Source: Cyclonatronaceae bacterium (GTDB lineage Bacteria > Bacteroidota > Rhodothermia > Balneolales > Cyclonatronaceae). From it: DNA of 64,000 nucleotides. Numbering within the stretch: the first letter of the stretch is position 1; each line of letters begins with the position of its first letter. Shown here one piece after another: positions 47,112-57,330 of the stretch. The translations under genes were made by a program, and so were the position numbers. The notes beneath the pieces were generated by a model that had not been told where the DNA came from, made no database searches, and worked only from the letters and a program-made list of their open reading frames with translations. The DNA lies in contig JBLRWO010000009.1 of the NCBI GenBank assembly GCA_047921215.1, forward strand, positions 35,690 through 99,689, given 5' to 3'.

Positions 47112-48677
47112 TTACTCTTCTTTCAGGCCGGGGTAGACGGCTTTGCCATCGGTTATGAGCTTGAATGAGGTAGAGTAGAGATCTTTGCGGCGGTCGCGGA
47201 GTGGTGTTACAGTTCCATTGAATCGGGTTCGGCGAAGTACTTCAAGATCGACATCTGCCAGGACGATCATCTCGGCGTTTTCATCGGTAATGGCTGCGAT
47301 TCCGTCTCTTGAGAAGGGGAAGTCGGATGGGGTAAAGATGGCCGACTGGCCGTACTGTATATCCATATTGCCAACCGAGGGGATGTTGCCCGTGGTGCCG
47401 GCCATGGCCACATATACCTGGTTTTCGATGGCCCTTGCCTGAGAACAGATGCGGACCCGTGTAAAACCATGACGCTCGTCAGTGCAGTATGGAACAAAAA
47501 TGATCTGGGCCCCCTTGTCGACCATATAGCGGGTCAGTTCGGGAAATTCGACATCATAACAGATATTAATGCCGATGCGACCCCGGTCGGTATCGAACAC
47601 TTTGGGCTCCGATCCGGGCTGCACACCCCACCAGCGCCTTTCGCTGGGCGTGATATGAATCTTGTACTGTGATTCAACCGTGCCATCGCGCCGGAAGAGA
47701 TAACTGACGTTATATACCCGGTCTTCCTGCATGGTGAAATGGGAGCCACCGATGATGTTTACATTGTAACGGATCGCCTGATCCCTGAAAAATTCAATAA
47801 TGTGATCGGTAAAGCGGGTCAGTTCACGGGCAGCGAGCCCGGGACGTTTTTCATCCACAAAGCTTAGCAATTGCGTGGTTAGCAGTTCCGGAAAGAGCAC
47901 GAAATCGGATTTGTAATCCGAGGCCACATCGACAAAATATTCGACCTGTGTGGCAAACTCTTCGAAACTGTCAATTTTCCTCATTTTGTACTGCACACAG
48001 CAGATTCTGACCGGTGTTGAAGTCACCTTCCGGCGCTGAACCGACTGCCGGAATTCCAGGTTCACCCATTCCATCAGGGTCGCGTAACCGCAGGACTGCT
48101 GGTCATCCTCCAGATAATTCTTCAGCACTCTTTTTACCACAAACCCGTTCTGAACCTGAAAGGTAAGCACAGGATCATAAATCCTTTTATCCATAACGTT
48201 TCTGATGTACTCATATACCGACATTTTATCGGCATATTCGTGGTAATTGGGCAGTCTCCCCCCAATCAGGATCCGTTTCAGATTTAAACGGGAACAGAGT
48301 TCTTTTCTGGCTTCATACAACCGGCGGCCCAGTTTCATCTGCCTGTGTTCAGGGTCCACCATCACTTCGATGCCATACAGGGTATCGCCTTCAGGGTCAT
48401 GGTTTCTGATGTATCCCTCATCTGCAATCTCGTTCCAGCTGTGGGCATCGGAATACTCATCGAGATCCAGGATAAGGGAGCTGCTTGAGGCCACCAGTTC
48501 ACCCTCATAGATAATACCCAGCTGGCCCTCCTGGAATTGATAGAGCTGCGATTCAAACTGATCTTTGGTGGTGGGCTCCATGCCCGTGAAACAGCGTTCC
48601 TGCAGTCTTCTGAGGGCCGGAAAATCCTCCATTTCGAGAGGCCGCAGTTCGATGCTCGGGTTGTTTGAATTTGTCAT
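47112..48677 (-). CDS. Bifunctional GNAT N-acetyltransferase / carbon-nitrogen hydrolase (nitrilase superfamily) protein
   Basis: An N-terminal GNAT fold (..HRQMKLGRRLYEARKEL..) is fused to a C-terminal CN-hydrolase domain (FPELLTT.., GINICYDVEFPE with the catalytic Cys). 521 aa. Confidence 0.85.
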   Translation of the reverse strand: MTNSNNPSIELRPLEMEDFPALRRLQERCFTGMEPTTKDQFESQLYQFQEGQLGIIYEGELVASSSSLILDLDEYSDAHSWNEIADEGYIRNHDPEGDTLYGIEVMVDPEHRQMKLGRRLYEARKELCSRLNLKRILIGGRLPNYHEYADKMSVYEYIRNVMDKRIYDPVLTFQVQNGFVVKRVLKNYLEDDQQSCGYATLMEWVNLEFRQSVQRRKVTSTPVRICCVQYKMRKIDSFEEFATQVEYFVDVASDYKSDFVLFPELLTTQLLSFVDEKRPGLAARELTRFTDHIIEFFRDQAIRYNVNIIGGSHFTMQEDRVYNVSYLFRRDGTVESQYKIHITPSERRWWGVQPGSEPKVFDTDRGRIGINICYDVEFPELTRYMVDKGAQIIFVPYCTDERHGFTRVRICSQARAIENQVYVAMAGTTGNIPSVGNMDIQYGQSAIFTPSDFPFSRDGIAAITDENAEMIVLADVDLEVLRRTRFNGTVTPLRDRRKDLYSTSFKLITDGKAVYPGLKEE

Positions 48678-48957
48678 TTGGAGATTTGATTGGTCGCCGA
48701 TTCTGAATCTTATAATTTACAAAACATGCATCACTATCAGCGGAATTTTTTAAAAAGAGTGGTTTTTCCACAAACATAAAACTCCAGGCAATACGATTTT
48801 GACCTGTTAATTGGGGACCCTTTACATCTTGCTATTCGCCAAAAATTGACTCATTTTTACGCTCGTTCTCACGAATATGTCATGATTATACAAACGGTTT
48901 ATACATTCGGCACACCAACCTTCGGGCCGGCACCGATCATCAGCAAACTATTCCTGT

Positions 48958-50541
48958 ATGCCTGAAGCCAAATCGCACATCGGTATAGCCACAAAGCGCA
49001 TAGCCGCCATCGATCTGGGTACCAACTCGTTTCACGCTGTTATTGTAGACGTTTATCCGGACGGCAGTTTCAGTACAGTCGACACACTCAAGGAGATGAT
49101 CTGCCTCGGTAAAGATGGCGTGGGAAGGATGCTGTCGTGCACCGAAATGGATCTGGGTATTGAAGCCCTGAGAAAGATCAAAACCCTTTGCCAGCACCAG
49201 AATGTGGAGAGGATTCTGGCTTATGCAACCAGCGCCATCAGGGAAGCAGAGAACGGAGGGGTATTTATACAGCGGGCGATTGATGAAGTACAGATCAAAA
49301 TACTCGCAATTCCCGGCATCAGGGAGGCAGAACTGGTGGCTTGTGCAGTTCAGCACGGAATGCAGTTGGGTGACACTGCTCATCTGATCATGGATGTGGG
49401 AGGCGGAAGCACAGAATTCATCATAGCCGACAACAGGGATATCCTTTTCACAGACAGTAAAAAGCTTGGCGTTTCCCGGATGACTGCCGATTATATCAAG
49501 CATGATCCGGTTAGCAAAGGTGAGATACGTATGCTATCCACCTACTACGAGAAACATCTATCCGATATCAAAGAGGCACTGAAAAAGTATCCAACAGATG
49601 TTCTCATCGGATCTTCAGGCACTATGCAGAACATTGCGGCCATGATCGCTGCGATGAAAAATATGAGCACATCGGTTACACTGAATGAATTTGAGTACAG
49701 CAGCGAGGATTTCAACCGTTTCTATAATTCATTTATCAGACTGAACAGAAAGAAAAGGCTGATGGTGCCCGGACTGGATACAAAACGGGTTGACTTCCTT
49801 GTAGCAGGACTGATACTTGCCAAAAAAGTGATTACGGATTTCGGGATCAAACGCATCAAAACATCGGTTCAGGCGATGCGTGAGGGGATTATTATCAGCT
49901 ATATACATCAGGAGATGAAAAACCTGCGGATACTGGCCGATTTTCCCGATACCCGCAGGCGGTCTGTCTTTGAATTACTGCGCAAGTGCCGGTGGCACGA
50001 GATGCACTCGGCCCATGTAAGCAATCTGGCCCTGAAACTGTTCGATCAGACATCAAAGTGGCACCAGATGGGACATCGCGAAAAGGAATTACTCGAATAC
50101 TCGGCCCTGCTTCATGATATCGGCTACCATATATCACACCGCAAACACCACAAGCATTCCCTTTACATCATCCTGAATGCCGATCTGAGGGGATTCAGCC
50201 AGGAAGAAATCGAAGTGATGGCCCATGTTTCCAGATACCACAGAAGGTCGACCCCGAAAAACCGTCATCAGCTGTATTCCGCTCTCAGTGCCCCGCAAAA
50301 GAAACTGGTAAAGATTCTGTCGGGTTATCTCAGGGTGGCCGACGGGCTTGACCGAAGCCATTATCAGAATGTAACGGACCTTCGTGTTGAAGTCGGTTCA
50401 AAAATCCGCATTTTCATCAAAACAATCGCTGATCCGGAACTTGAGATTTGGGGTTCGCTCAGGAAAAAGGAACTGTTCGAAGACTATTTCGGGAAGAAAC
50501 TGGAGATTGTGCCTGTGGATGTGCTTGAGACTGCCGGCTGA
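48958..50541 (+). CDS. ppx: Ppx/GppA family phosphatase with C-terminal HD domain
   Basis: IAAIDLGTNSFH, DVGGGSTEF and the HD region LLHDIGYHISHRKHHKHS. Confidence 0.88.
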   Translation: MPEAKSHIGIATKRIAAIDLGTNSFHAVIVDVYPDGSFSTVDTLKEMICLGKDGVGRMLSCTEMDLGIEALRKIKTLCQHQNVERILAYATSAIREAENGGVFIQRAIDEVQIKILAIPGIREAELVACAVQHGMQLGDTAHLIMDVGGGSTEFIIADNRDILFTDSKKLGVSRMTADYIKHDPVSKGEIRMLSTYYEKHLSDIKEALKKYPTDVLIGSSGTMQNIAAMIAAMKNMSTSVTLNEFEYSSEDFNRFYNSFIRLNRKKRLMVPGLDTKRVDFLVAGLILAKKVITDFGIKRIKTSVQAMREGIIISYIHQEMKNLRILADFPDTRRRSVFELLRKCRWHEMHSAHVSNLALKLFDQTSKWHQMGHREKELLEYSALLHDIGYHISHRKHHKHSLYIILNADLRGFSQEEIEVMAHVSRYHRRSTPKNRHQLYSALSAPQKKLVKILSGYLRVADGLDRSHYQNVTDLRVEVGSKIRIFIKTIADPELEIWGSLRKKELFEDYFGKKLEIVPVDVLETAG

Positions 50542-50571
50542 TTTAATATGCATGGGAGGCAGGGGAATGGT

Positions 50572-51045
50572 TCAGTTTTTGCTGATGTGATTGTGCGGGC
50601 GTCTGAGGTCGGAGCTAAGACCGGGTTCGTTTTTATCTGTTGTTTGTCTTGTTCTGCGGGCTTCCCCTTTTTGTATGCCAAAGCGTGCGCCCAGCGCTGA
50701 AGCTGCCAGCAACACAACGGCCAGTATGAGCAGGCTTCGGTGAAAAAGAAATTTTTCGGTGAGTTCACTCAAAATCACGGCTGGAATCACGAGAAGAAAA
50801 GCGATCAGATAGGGGAAACCGGGAAAAAGGGCCGTTTTTCCGGTAAACCGGCGCGACAGCACAAAGCTGACGTTCAGATAGATCAACCCGTAGCCAGCCA
50901 GTACAAGGGTGCCGATCCAGTCGGGACGTTCGGTATGAATTAGAAAGGTGCTGGTGAACATGTAAATGAGAACCCCCGTGACCAGGCTGCCCGATATATA
51001 GGCGAAAGCACGGCCTACCACACGTTTTTTTTCTGTTTCAATCAA
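50572..51045 (-). CDS. Hypothetical membrane protein (about 4 TM helices)
   Basis: 157-aa ORF with four hydrophobic segments. No family was recognised. Confidence 0.45.
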   Translation of the reverse strand: MIETEKKRVVGRAFAYISGSLVTGVLIYMFTSTFLIHTERPDWIGTLVLAGYGLIYLNVSFVLSRRFTGKTALFPGFPYLIAFLLVIPAVILSELTEKFLFHRSLLILAVVLLAASALGARFGIQKGEARRTRQTTDKNEPGLSSDLRRPHNHISKN

Positions 51046-51057
51046 TTCTGCGGGTAC

Positions 51058-52419
51058 TCAGGGGGTAGGAGGATTGGTTCGTGATATCCAGCTTTCAGGA
51101 TCTATGTTGGTTTCACCGTCGCGGATCATGAAGAAGACAGCGGAACCCATCGTTGAATTTTCGTCGCCGCCACGACCGATGATGTCGCCGGCCCTCACGA
51201 ACGATTGCGGCCTGACCGTGACACCTGTAAGGTTACCGTATGCGGTTTTGTAGCGTCCGTGATTGACCACAACCATGGTATCAAATCCATTCAGCGGCAT
51301 CACTATAGAGACAAAACCGTCGTGAACGGATCGCACGGTACTCAGTGGTTCGGTGGCTATTTCGATGCCTTCACTCGGTATTTCAACACGGTAAACGGGG
51401 TGAACTTTTTTGCCGAATTTAACCGACACAGCTCCGTTATCTACCGGCCAGGGCAGTTTTCCCCGTTGCTGTGTAAACGACTGCTCCAGTACTTCAAGCT
51501 CGGCCGATGATGGTCCCGCTGCGGGACGTATCGGTGTGGAATACCTGGCAATCTCCATTTCGCGGGTGCGTTCATCCTCAATTTTCTCAGCTTCGGCCAG
51601 TTTTCTGAGCCGTTCTTCTTCAAGCAGGCGAATGCGCTCCTCCTCGGCCCTTCTCACCCGGTTTTCTTCGGCCAGCAGGGTATTCAGGGTTTTATTCAGG
51701 TTGTCGATCTCATCAAGCGTGCGCTGCATTTTCTGCTGGAGGTTCTCGCGGTCCTGCCGGAGGGTGGTGATGTTCCTCTCCTGCTGTTGCCTGTTACTTC
51801 CCAGCCTCTGACGCTGGCGTTGTTCTTCGGCCAGGTTTTGAGCATTCCGTTCACGGGCTGTCTCCAGGTCGTTGCGCTTGCCCTGAAGTTCATCCTGCAG
51901 TTCTGCAATCCGGTTGGCCTGCCGTTCACGGTGTTCACTGAATTTACGCAGATAGTGGCTTCTGACCAGAAGCTGGTTCATGGAATTTGAGGTCATCAGC
52001 ATCACAAACTGGGGGGTGCGCCCGTGCTTGTACAGGTAGGTGAGGGTCTTTTTGTACTCCTCCATCAATTGCTCCAGTTCCTGCCGGTTCTCAACGATCT
52101 GTTTTTCGATGATTGCGAGCTCACTCCTGATCTGGGAACGCTGGGAGGTGAGGTTGCTGATTACCTGATCACGCAGGGTTATCTCGCGCTCAAGCGACTG
52201 GAACTGGCGGTACACATCTTCATAGCGGGTTTCGGTCTGCCTGATCTCGCTTTCAAATGCCAGCAACTGATTCTGTAACTGTTCAAGCGTATTCCGGGTA
52301 TCGTTCTGTTCTTTCTGCAGATCCCTGAGTAGCTGTTCGAAATTCTGCGCATATGCCCTGTTGCATAAAAGCACCATCAATATCAAACCAACTGATAAAA
52401 CCCGGAATAATGCCTTCAT
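51058..52419 (-). CDS. EnvC-like murein hydrolase activator / M23 (LytM) domain protein
   Basis: Signal peptide, a long coiled-coil (Q/E/R/L-rich), and a C-terminal LytM-like domain (VVVNHGRYKTAYGNL...AGDIIG). Confidence 0.8.
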   Translation of the reverse strand: MKALFRVLSVGLILMVLLCNRAYAQNFEQLLRDLQKEQNDTRNTLEQLQNQLLAFESEIRQTETRYEDVYRQFQSLEREITLRDQVISNLTSQRSQIRSELAIIEKQIVENRQELEQLMEEYKKTLTYLYKHGRTPQFVMLMTSNSMNQLLVRSHYLRKFSEHRERQANRIAELQDELQGKRNDLETARERNAQNLAEEQRQRQRLGSNRQQQERNITTLRQDRENLQQKMQRTLDEIDNLNKTLNTLLAEENRVRRAEEERIRLLEEERLRKLAEAEKIEDERTREMEIARYSTPIRPAAGPSSAELEVLEQSFTQQRGKLPWPVDNGAVSVKFGKKVHPVYRVEIPSEGIEIATEPLSTVRSVHDGFVSIVMPLNGFDTMVVVNHGRYKTAYGNLTGVTVRPQSFVRAGDIIGRGGDENSTMGSAVFFMIRDGETNIDPESWISRTNPPTP

Positions 52420-53186
52420 ATTCTGATAATCGTTATATCGGATGGAATATCTATGTCGAAATCGAGATTGTTTTTATTCAGTTCCAGCGACTGGGTTACC
52501 AGGTGAATGACTGATCTGCCGTCCTGACTGAAAATCCTGATTGTTCTTGGTAAGTTATACCCGCCAATACCCGCATGGTTCTCGAAAACAAATGTCGAGA
52601 AAACTTCAGGGTCATCGGCGCTAAAGACAATCTGTTCAATAAGATAGTTCTGCCTGTTGAAGATAACGGTTTTTCCGTCAAAAAAAATCAGTTTGTACCT
52701 TTTTTCATCCTCCAGAACGGTTTCAACTTCTTCGGCATGTAAAACGGGGTCGATAAAGTCGATCAGATTAAAGGCTGAAAAACCATTCAGAAGCAGTTCG
52801 TGCGAATTGGCTGTATCCGTTTTCCAGGCCTGCTTTTCGATGCGGTCGTAAATCAGCACCGAATCGCGGTCGGCATAAATGCGCCCTCCCTCAATACCCA
52901 GATTGTTGCGGATGCTAATCAGGGTCTGTTCCCGGTCGGAGGTAAAGCTGACGGCAACCCGCTCGCTAACCCCCGGCCGGCTGATCTGCGCACGGACCCT
53001 GCCCTCCATGCTGCTGATCGGTCTGCCGTATGTGGGAGAACCGGCCAGAATACGGGCCGGATCGGCATCAGATACACTAAAATCGCCCGTATCAACGGCC
53101 AGTCGTTTGACCGGCGAGCATGCCCCTGCTAATGCCACCAGTAAAATGACCACGGCCAACCGCAGGGTAATCAAATCAGTTCGCAT
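52416..53186 (-). CDS. Lipoprotein, DUF4292/LolB-like (tentative)
   Basis: Lipobox LAGAC. 256 aa. It sits between a TPR gene and an envC-like gene, an arrangement I recall as typical in Bacteroidota. The family call is from context. Confidence 0.5.
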   Translation of the reverse strand: MRTDLITLRLAVVILLVALAGACSPVKRLAVDTGDFSVSDADPARILAGSPTYGRPISSMEGRVRAQISRPGVSERVAVSFTSDREQTLISIRNNLGIEGGRIYADRDSVLIYDRIEKQAWKTDTANSHELLLNGFSAFNLIDFIDPVLHAEEVETVLEDEKRYKLIFFDGKTVIFNRQNYLIEQIVFSADDPEVFSTFVFENHAGIGGYNLPRTIRIFSQDGRSVIHLVTQSLELNKNNLDFDIDIPSDITIIRI

Positions 53187-54903
53187 CCAGCTTTTCCCTC
53201 AGGTGATCGCGTGTGCCGTCTCTGTCGAGTGACTGTTGCCACCATTTTCTGGCCTCTTCCATGTTGCCCAGTTTCTCATACACGTCGCCCATATGCTCCA
53301 TGACAGTGGCACTGGCCTGACCGGTATCGATGGCGGCAGCAATATATTCCCGGGCCTTATCAAAATCTCCTTTTTTGAAGTATATCCATCCCAGGGTATC
53401 GAGAAAGGCGGGATTACCGGGTCTCATCTCAACGGCCCTTGTTGCCATATCCATGGCATCTTCAAGCCTCAAATCCCTGACCGACAGGTAATAGGCATAG
53501 TTGTTCAGGGCAACATCATTCTCGCTGTTATATTCCAGTGCGCGGTCATAGGCTTTTTCAGCCTCGGGCCAGTTGTCAAGAGCTGAATAGGTATCTCCAA
53601 TTGTTCCGTAAATATCTGATCGGAGGTCGCGCCTTGCCGGCACATCGGTGGCCTGCTCAAGCCATTTAATCGCCTCCTGCTTCTGATCGTTCATCGAATA
53701 GGCAAGACCTGTAAAAAACAGGATATAGACGTCGTCCGGAACGATTTCGTTGCCTTCAAGACCCGCTCTGATGGCTTCTTCGTAAAGGCCCTCTCCGAAC
53801 AGTATCTGCACCCGCCGCTGCCATGCCATCTCGTTTTCCGGCATCAGTTCGGTGGTTTTGTTCAGAGCGGCGATCGTTTTTTCATTATCACCGGCGAGTA
53901 TATAGAAATCGGCGGCAAGGGCATGCCCCAGGCCGTAATCTTTGTGTTTTTCAGTAAGAAGATCAACCAGGCGTGATGCATTTTGTCCCAGCAATTCGTT
54001 GCCCGGATTCCGCTGGTAACGGGCCACCAGGTACTGCACCACTTCTGCCTTGATGTCCGGGTTTATCAGATCGTCGGCAACCAGGGTTTCCAGCAGCGCT
54101 CCCACCTTGTCCCACGCTTCATCCGCTGCGTGGATATCGGACAGGGCCAGGATCGTTTCAGGATTTCTCGGGTTCCTGTCGAGGGCGTCTTCCAGCACGG
54201 TAATGGCGGCTGTTTTATCATCCTCTTCGAGATACAGCTGACTGAGCGCTTTCAGTGTAGCCATGTTACCAGGTTCGATTTCACGCATTTGTTCCAGGGT
54301 GGTGATGGTGGAATCGCGCATCTTCAGAGAATAAAAATTGCGGTACTTCTGATAGAGCAGATTGAACTCCGGCCCTGTGCGACGCTGAATTATATTGTAG
54401 GTTTCGTTGCTTTTAAGGTGTAATCCCTGGTTTGCCTGCTCCTGTGCGAGCAGATAGAGCACATCCAGATCGTCGGGATGGTACTCGATGGTTTTTTCGA
54501 TTTCTTCAAGTGTGGCCTGGTTACGGCCCGCCGACCGGTATATATCGACCAGGTTCAGACGGTACCACTTGTTACCGGGTTCAAGCTCTACAGCCGCCGC
54601 TCCATATAATGCTGCGTTTGCCACATCTCCGGTGTTGAAGTACGCCTCCGACAGTGAGTAGTACACCCCGGAGCTTGGTTCCATATATTTTATGGCCTCG
54701 GACAGCAGTGCAACGGCTTCCTCATAATTTTCGAGCTCAAATTCGGTAATTCCCCGCATGAACAGAGACCGGCCTTTCGCTTTATCTTCAGCGGTGAGTT
54801 CAACCGGCGGATCGGGTCGAACCTGCTGTGCCTGGAGCACTTCGGCGGCCCCGGACAAGGCGATGAACAGTATCAGGATGATTCCGGTAACAGATGAACG
54901 CAT
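53176..54903 (-). CDS. Tetratricopeptide repeat protein
   Basis: Signal peptide plus many TPR-like units (e.g. GDFDKAREYIAAAIDTGQ, NWPEAEKAYDRALEYNSEN). Confidence 0.7.
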   Translation of the reverse strand: MRSSVTGIILILFIALSGAAEVLQAQQVRPDPPVELTAEDKAKGRSLFMRGITEFELENYEEAVALLSEAIKYMEPSSGVYYSLSEAYFNTGDVANAALYGAAAVELEPGNKWYRLNLVDIYRSAGRNQATLEEIEKTIEYHPDDLDVLYLLAQEQANQGLHLKSNETYNIIQRRTGPEFNLLYQKYRNFYSLKMRDSTITTLEQMREIEPGNMATLKALSQLYLEEDDKTAAITVLEDALDRNPRNPETILALSDIHAADEAWDKVGALLETLVADDLINPDIKAEVVQYLVARYQRNPGNELLGQNASRLVDLLTEKHKDYGLGHALAADFYILAGDNEKTIAALNKTTELMPENEMAWQRRVQILFGEGLYEEAIRAGLEGNEIVPDDVYILFFTGLAYSMNDQKQEAIKWLEQATDVPARRDLRSDIYGTIGDTYSALDNWPEAEKAYDRALEYNSENDVALNNYAYYLSVRDLRLEDAMDMATRAVEMRPGNPAFLDTLGWIYFKKGDFDKAREYIAAAIDTGQASATVMEHMGDVYEKLGNMEEARKWWQQSLDRDGTRDHLREKLDAN

Positions 54904-54988
54904 TATAGATAAATTTTGTGGACTAAATGATCAGGATAACCCAAAGATAGTACCATAACGTCACAAATCCGTATTCTGTGCCCGCTTA

Positions 54989-55723
54989 TCAAAAATTATG
55001 GCGCCAATTCGCCAGCGACCTGAACGATGGCAGCATCCGGGGGCCATACCAGCTGAACCACTCCCCGTCAGCCAGGGCGATCGTTGATTTGCCGGCCACA
55101 CCCGTCATTTCCCGCACATGCTTTTCACCGAACGGATAGGGTTCGCTGCTCAGCAGGATTAACTCAGGGGCAAGATCACGGATCGCTTCACCGGTTAGCT
55201 GCGGATAGCGCTTCTTATCAGCACATACATTCTGCAGCCCGAATGTTTTCATTACGTCATGGATGTAGGTGTCGCCACCGGCAGCCATCCACGGGTCCCT
55301 CCAGATCAGGTAGAGCGTTCTGACAGGCTTTCTGCCATCTTCTGTGGGGATTACCTTCCGGATGTCATCCACCAGTGCAGTTGTCTGCGGTTTTCGGCCC
55401 AGGGCAGTCCCAATCCGCTGCATTTCGCGCAGAGCCTCATCCACCGTTGAAATATCGGTGACCAGCACCCGGGTATATTCGCTGATGGCATCCACATCCT
55501 CTTTCCTGTTCTCTTCCCGGTTGGCAATCACAATATCCGGATTCAGAGACCTGATCTTCTCAAGGCGCGGGTTTTTCGTTCCGCCAATGGCAGCAACACG
55601 ATCCACCTCAAGCCGGGGGTGAACACAGAAGCGGGTCCGGCCAACGAGCCGGTGACCCAGGCCGAGGTGAAAAATCAGCTCTGTGAGACTCGGAACAAGG
55701 GAGATGATCCGTCGGGGAGTCAT
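54989..55723 (-). CDS. BtuF-like periplasmic-binding-fold protein (cobalamin/metal-chelate binding family)
   Basis: From the internal Met: MTPRRIISLVPSLTELIFHLGLGHRLVG...NPDIVIAN...LILLSSEPYPF, which are class III substrate-binding-protein motifs. The start was trimmed from 56056 because the upstream part overlaps the kinase gene in another frame. Confidence 0.72.
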   Translation of the reverse strand: MTPRRIISLVPSLTELIFHLGLGHRLVGRTRFCVHPRLEVDRVAAIGGTKNPRLEKIRSLNPDIVIANREENRKEDVDAISEYTRVLVTDISTVDEALREMQRIGTALGRKPQTTALVDDIRKVIPTEDGRKPVRTLYLIWRDPWMAAGGDTYIHDVMKTFGLQNVCADKKRYPQLTGEAIRDLAPELILLSSEPYPFGEKHVREMTGVAGKSTIALADGEWFSWYGPRMLPSFRSLANWRHNF

Positions 55724-55724
55724 G

Positions 55725-56594
55725 TCAGAATCGTTTGATGATGGACACCACACGGCCAGCGTAACTGCTTCCAAACAGGTTGGTATGAACCAGCAGCGGA
55801 TAGAGATTGCAAATGTCGACGCGCTGTTCATGGCCTTTTCCGAGCGGCCAGGCTTCGTTATAAGCAGTATAAAAATCGTGTTCATAGCCGCCAAACAGCT
55901 TTGTGAAGGCGATCTCCATCTCGCGGTGGCCATAGTAGACAGCCGGATCGATGATGACCGGCAAACCATCGTGGTCGCAGAGATAATTTCCGCCCCAGAG
56001 ATCCCCGTGGAGCAATGCGGGCGGTTCATCCGGGAATATTTCGTGCAGCCGGACATAAAGGTTATTAAAATTCCGTGACAGGCCGGGACTGAGCAGCCCC
56101 GAATCGACCGCTGCTTTCATTTGCGGCATGAGTCGCTCCCGGGTATAGAACTCAGACCAGGTTTCGTGCGGAGTGTTCGGCTGGTACAGGCTGCCTATGT
56201 AGTTATCATGATCCAGGCCGAACCGGGGGGTACTGTGCCGGTGAAGGGAAGCCAGCCCACGCCCGAAGTGACTGAAAAAGCCTGATCCCGGCCGGCTGCT
56301 ATCAACATAGTCAATCAACAGCCAGGAATATTGGCCGTTATCGGTTGTATCCAGACCGATCACACCGGGTACACGGATGTCTTTGCAGGCCTCACTAAGC
56401 ACCGCCAGGCCTTTGGCCTCGGCTTCAAACATGGCATAAAGCGACCCTTTGTTGATTTTGAGGAAGAAGATTCGGCTATCTGCCAGTGAAATCCGGTAAG
56501 CGGCATTAATACTTCCGCCGCTTTCGGAAGACGCCGTATTAACCCTGCTTCCGAGCAGCGATGTTATCTGATGGTTGACGGGTTGCGGAATCAT
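55725..56594 (-). CDS. Fructosamine/ketosamine-3-kinase family protein
   Basis: GGSINAAYRI, LLHGDLWGGN, IDPAVYYGHREMEIA and LYPLLVH are FN3K motifs. The start at the internal MIPQPV (56594) overlaps the upstream phosphatase gene by 56 nt. Confidence 0.85.
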   Translation of the reverse strand: MIPQPVNHQITSLLGSRVNTASSESGGSINAAYRISLADSRIFFLKINKGSLYAMFEAEAKGLAVLSEACKDIRVPGVIGLDTTDNGQYSWLLIDYVDSSRPGSGFFSHFGRGLASLHRHSTPRFGLDHDNYIGSLYQPNTPHETWSEFYTRERLMPQMKAAVDSGLLSPGLSRNFNNLYVRLHEIFPDEPPALLHGDLWGGNYLCDHDGLPVIIDPAVYYGHREMEIAFTKLFGGYEHDFYTAYNEAWPLGKGHEQRVDICNLYPLLVHTNLFGSSYAGRVVSIIKRF

Positions 56595-57120
56595 GATCTG
56601 ATTTGTCGATAAGGGGTTCCAGAAGGTCGAGCAGCGCTTCACAACTGCGTTTAACAATGCGGAATACATTTTGAAACCCATCCATCCCCCCGTAGTAAGG
56701 GTCGGGCACCTCGCCGTCTTCCGGGTGCGGATCGAATTCCCTGAGCAAACGGATTTTTGCAGTAAACAGGCCCTGAGTATCCAGAGCCCGGATATTGGCC
56801 CGGTTTTCCCTGTCCATAGCCACAATCAGATCATAATCATCGAGATCGCGCCGTTCGAAACGGGAAGCCCTCGAGAGCAGCTTTACACCATGCTGTGCTG
56901 CCACATCCCGGCTTCTGCTGTTGGCTGGTTCACCTATGTGATAGGCGGAAGTGCCGGATGAATCGACCTGGAAACAGGCCTGGAGGCCGCGTTCGTTTAC
57001 CAGGTGCTGAAATATACCCTCCGCTGTCGGACTGCGGCAGATGTTGCCGAGACACACGAAGGTGATTTTAAAGGGATGCTGCCTTGTAATGGTTCTGCTG
57101 ACCGTTACGGGTGATGTCAT
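56539..57120 (-). CDS. Low molecular weight protein-tyrosine-phosphatase family protein
   Basis: The C-X5-R(S/T) loop VCLGNICRSP and the downstream DPYY motif. Confidence 0.88.
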   Translation of the reverse strand: MTSPVTVSRTITRQHPFKITFVCLGNICRSPTAEGIFQHLVNERGLQACFQVDSSGTSAYHIGEPANSRSRDVAAQHGVKLLSRASRFERRDLDDYDLIVAMDRENRANIRALDTQGLFTAKIRLLREFDPHPEDGEVPDPYYGGMDGFQNVFRIVKRSCEALLDLLEPLIDKSDHDSATRQPSDNIAARKQG

Positions 57121-57330
57121 GGAATTATTTGATTTTCAGATGTAACGTAACATGATGTTATCTAATATACCGGTTGGCGCTGTTATGGTGTAGAGCCGAA
57201 TTACGGGTCAAATTAATACCCGGATACCCACCGGATCAACACACCGGTTCCGATTCTTTAGCAATCTGTTCACAGAAAATTTGTATATTGTGGACTTATT
57301 TTTATCCGGTTTCCGGCTACCAAAGCATGT

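Noticed and set aside
55724-56056. The N-terminal 111 codons of ORF 54989-56056, and similarly 56595-56825 of ORF 55725-56825.
   Set aside because: These extensions overlap the well-supported upstream genes in another frame and have non-protein-like composition. Internal Met codons give N-termini that match the expected family starts.
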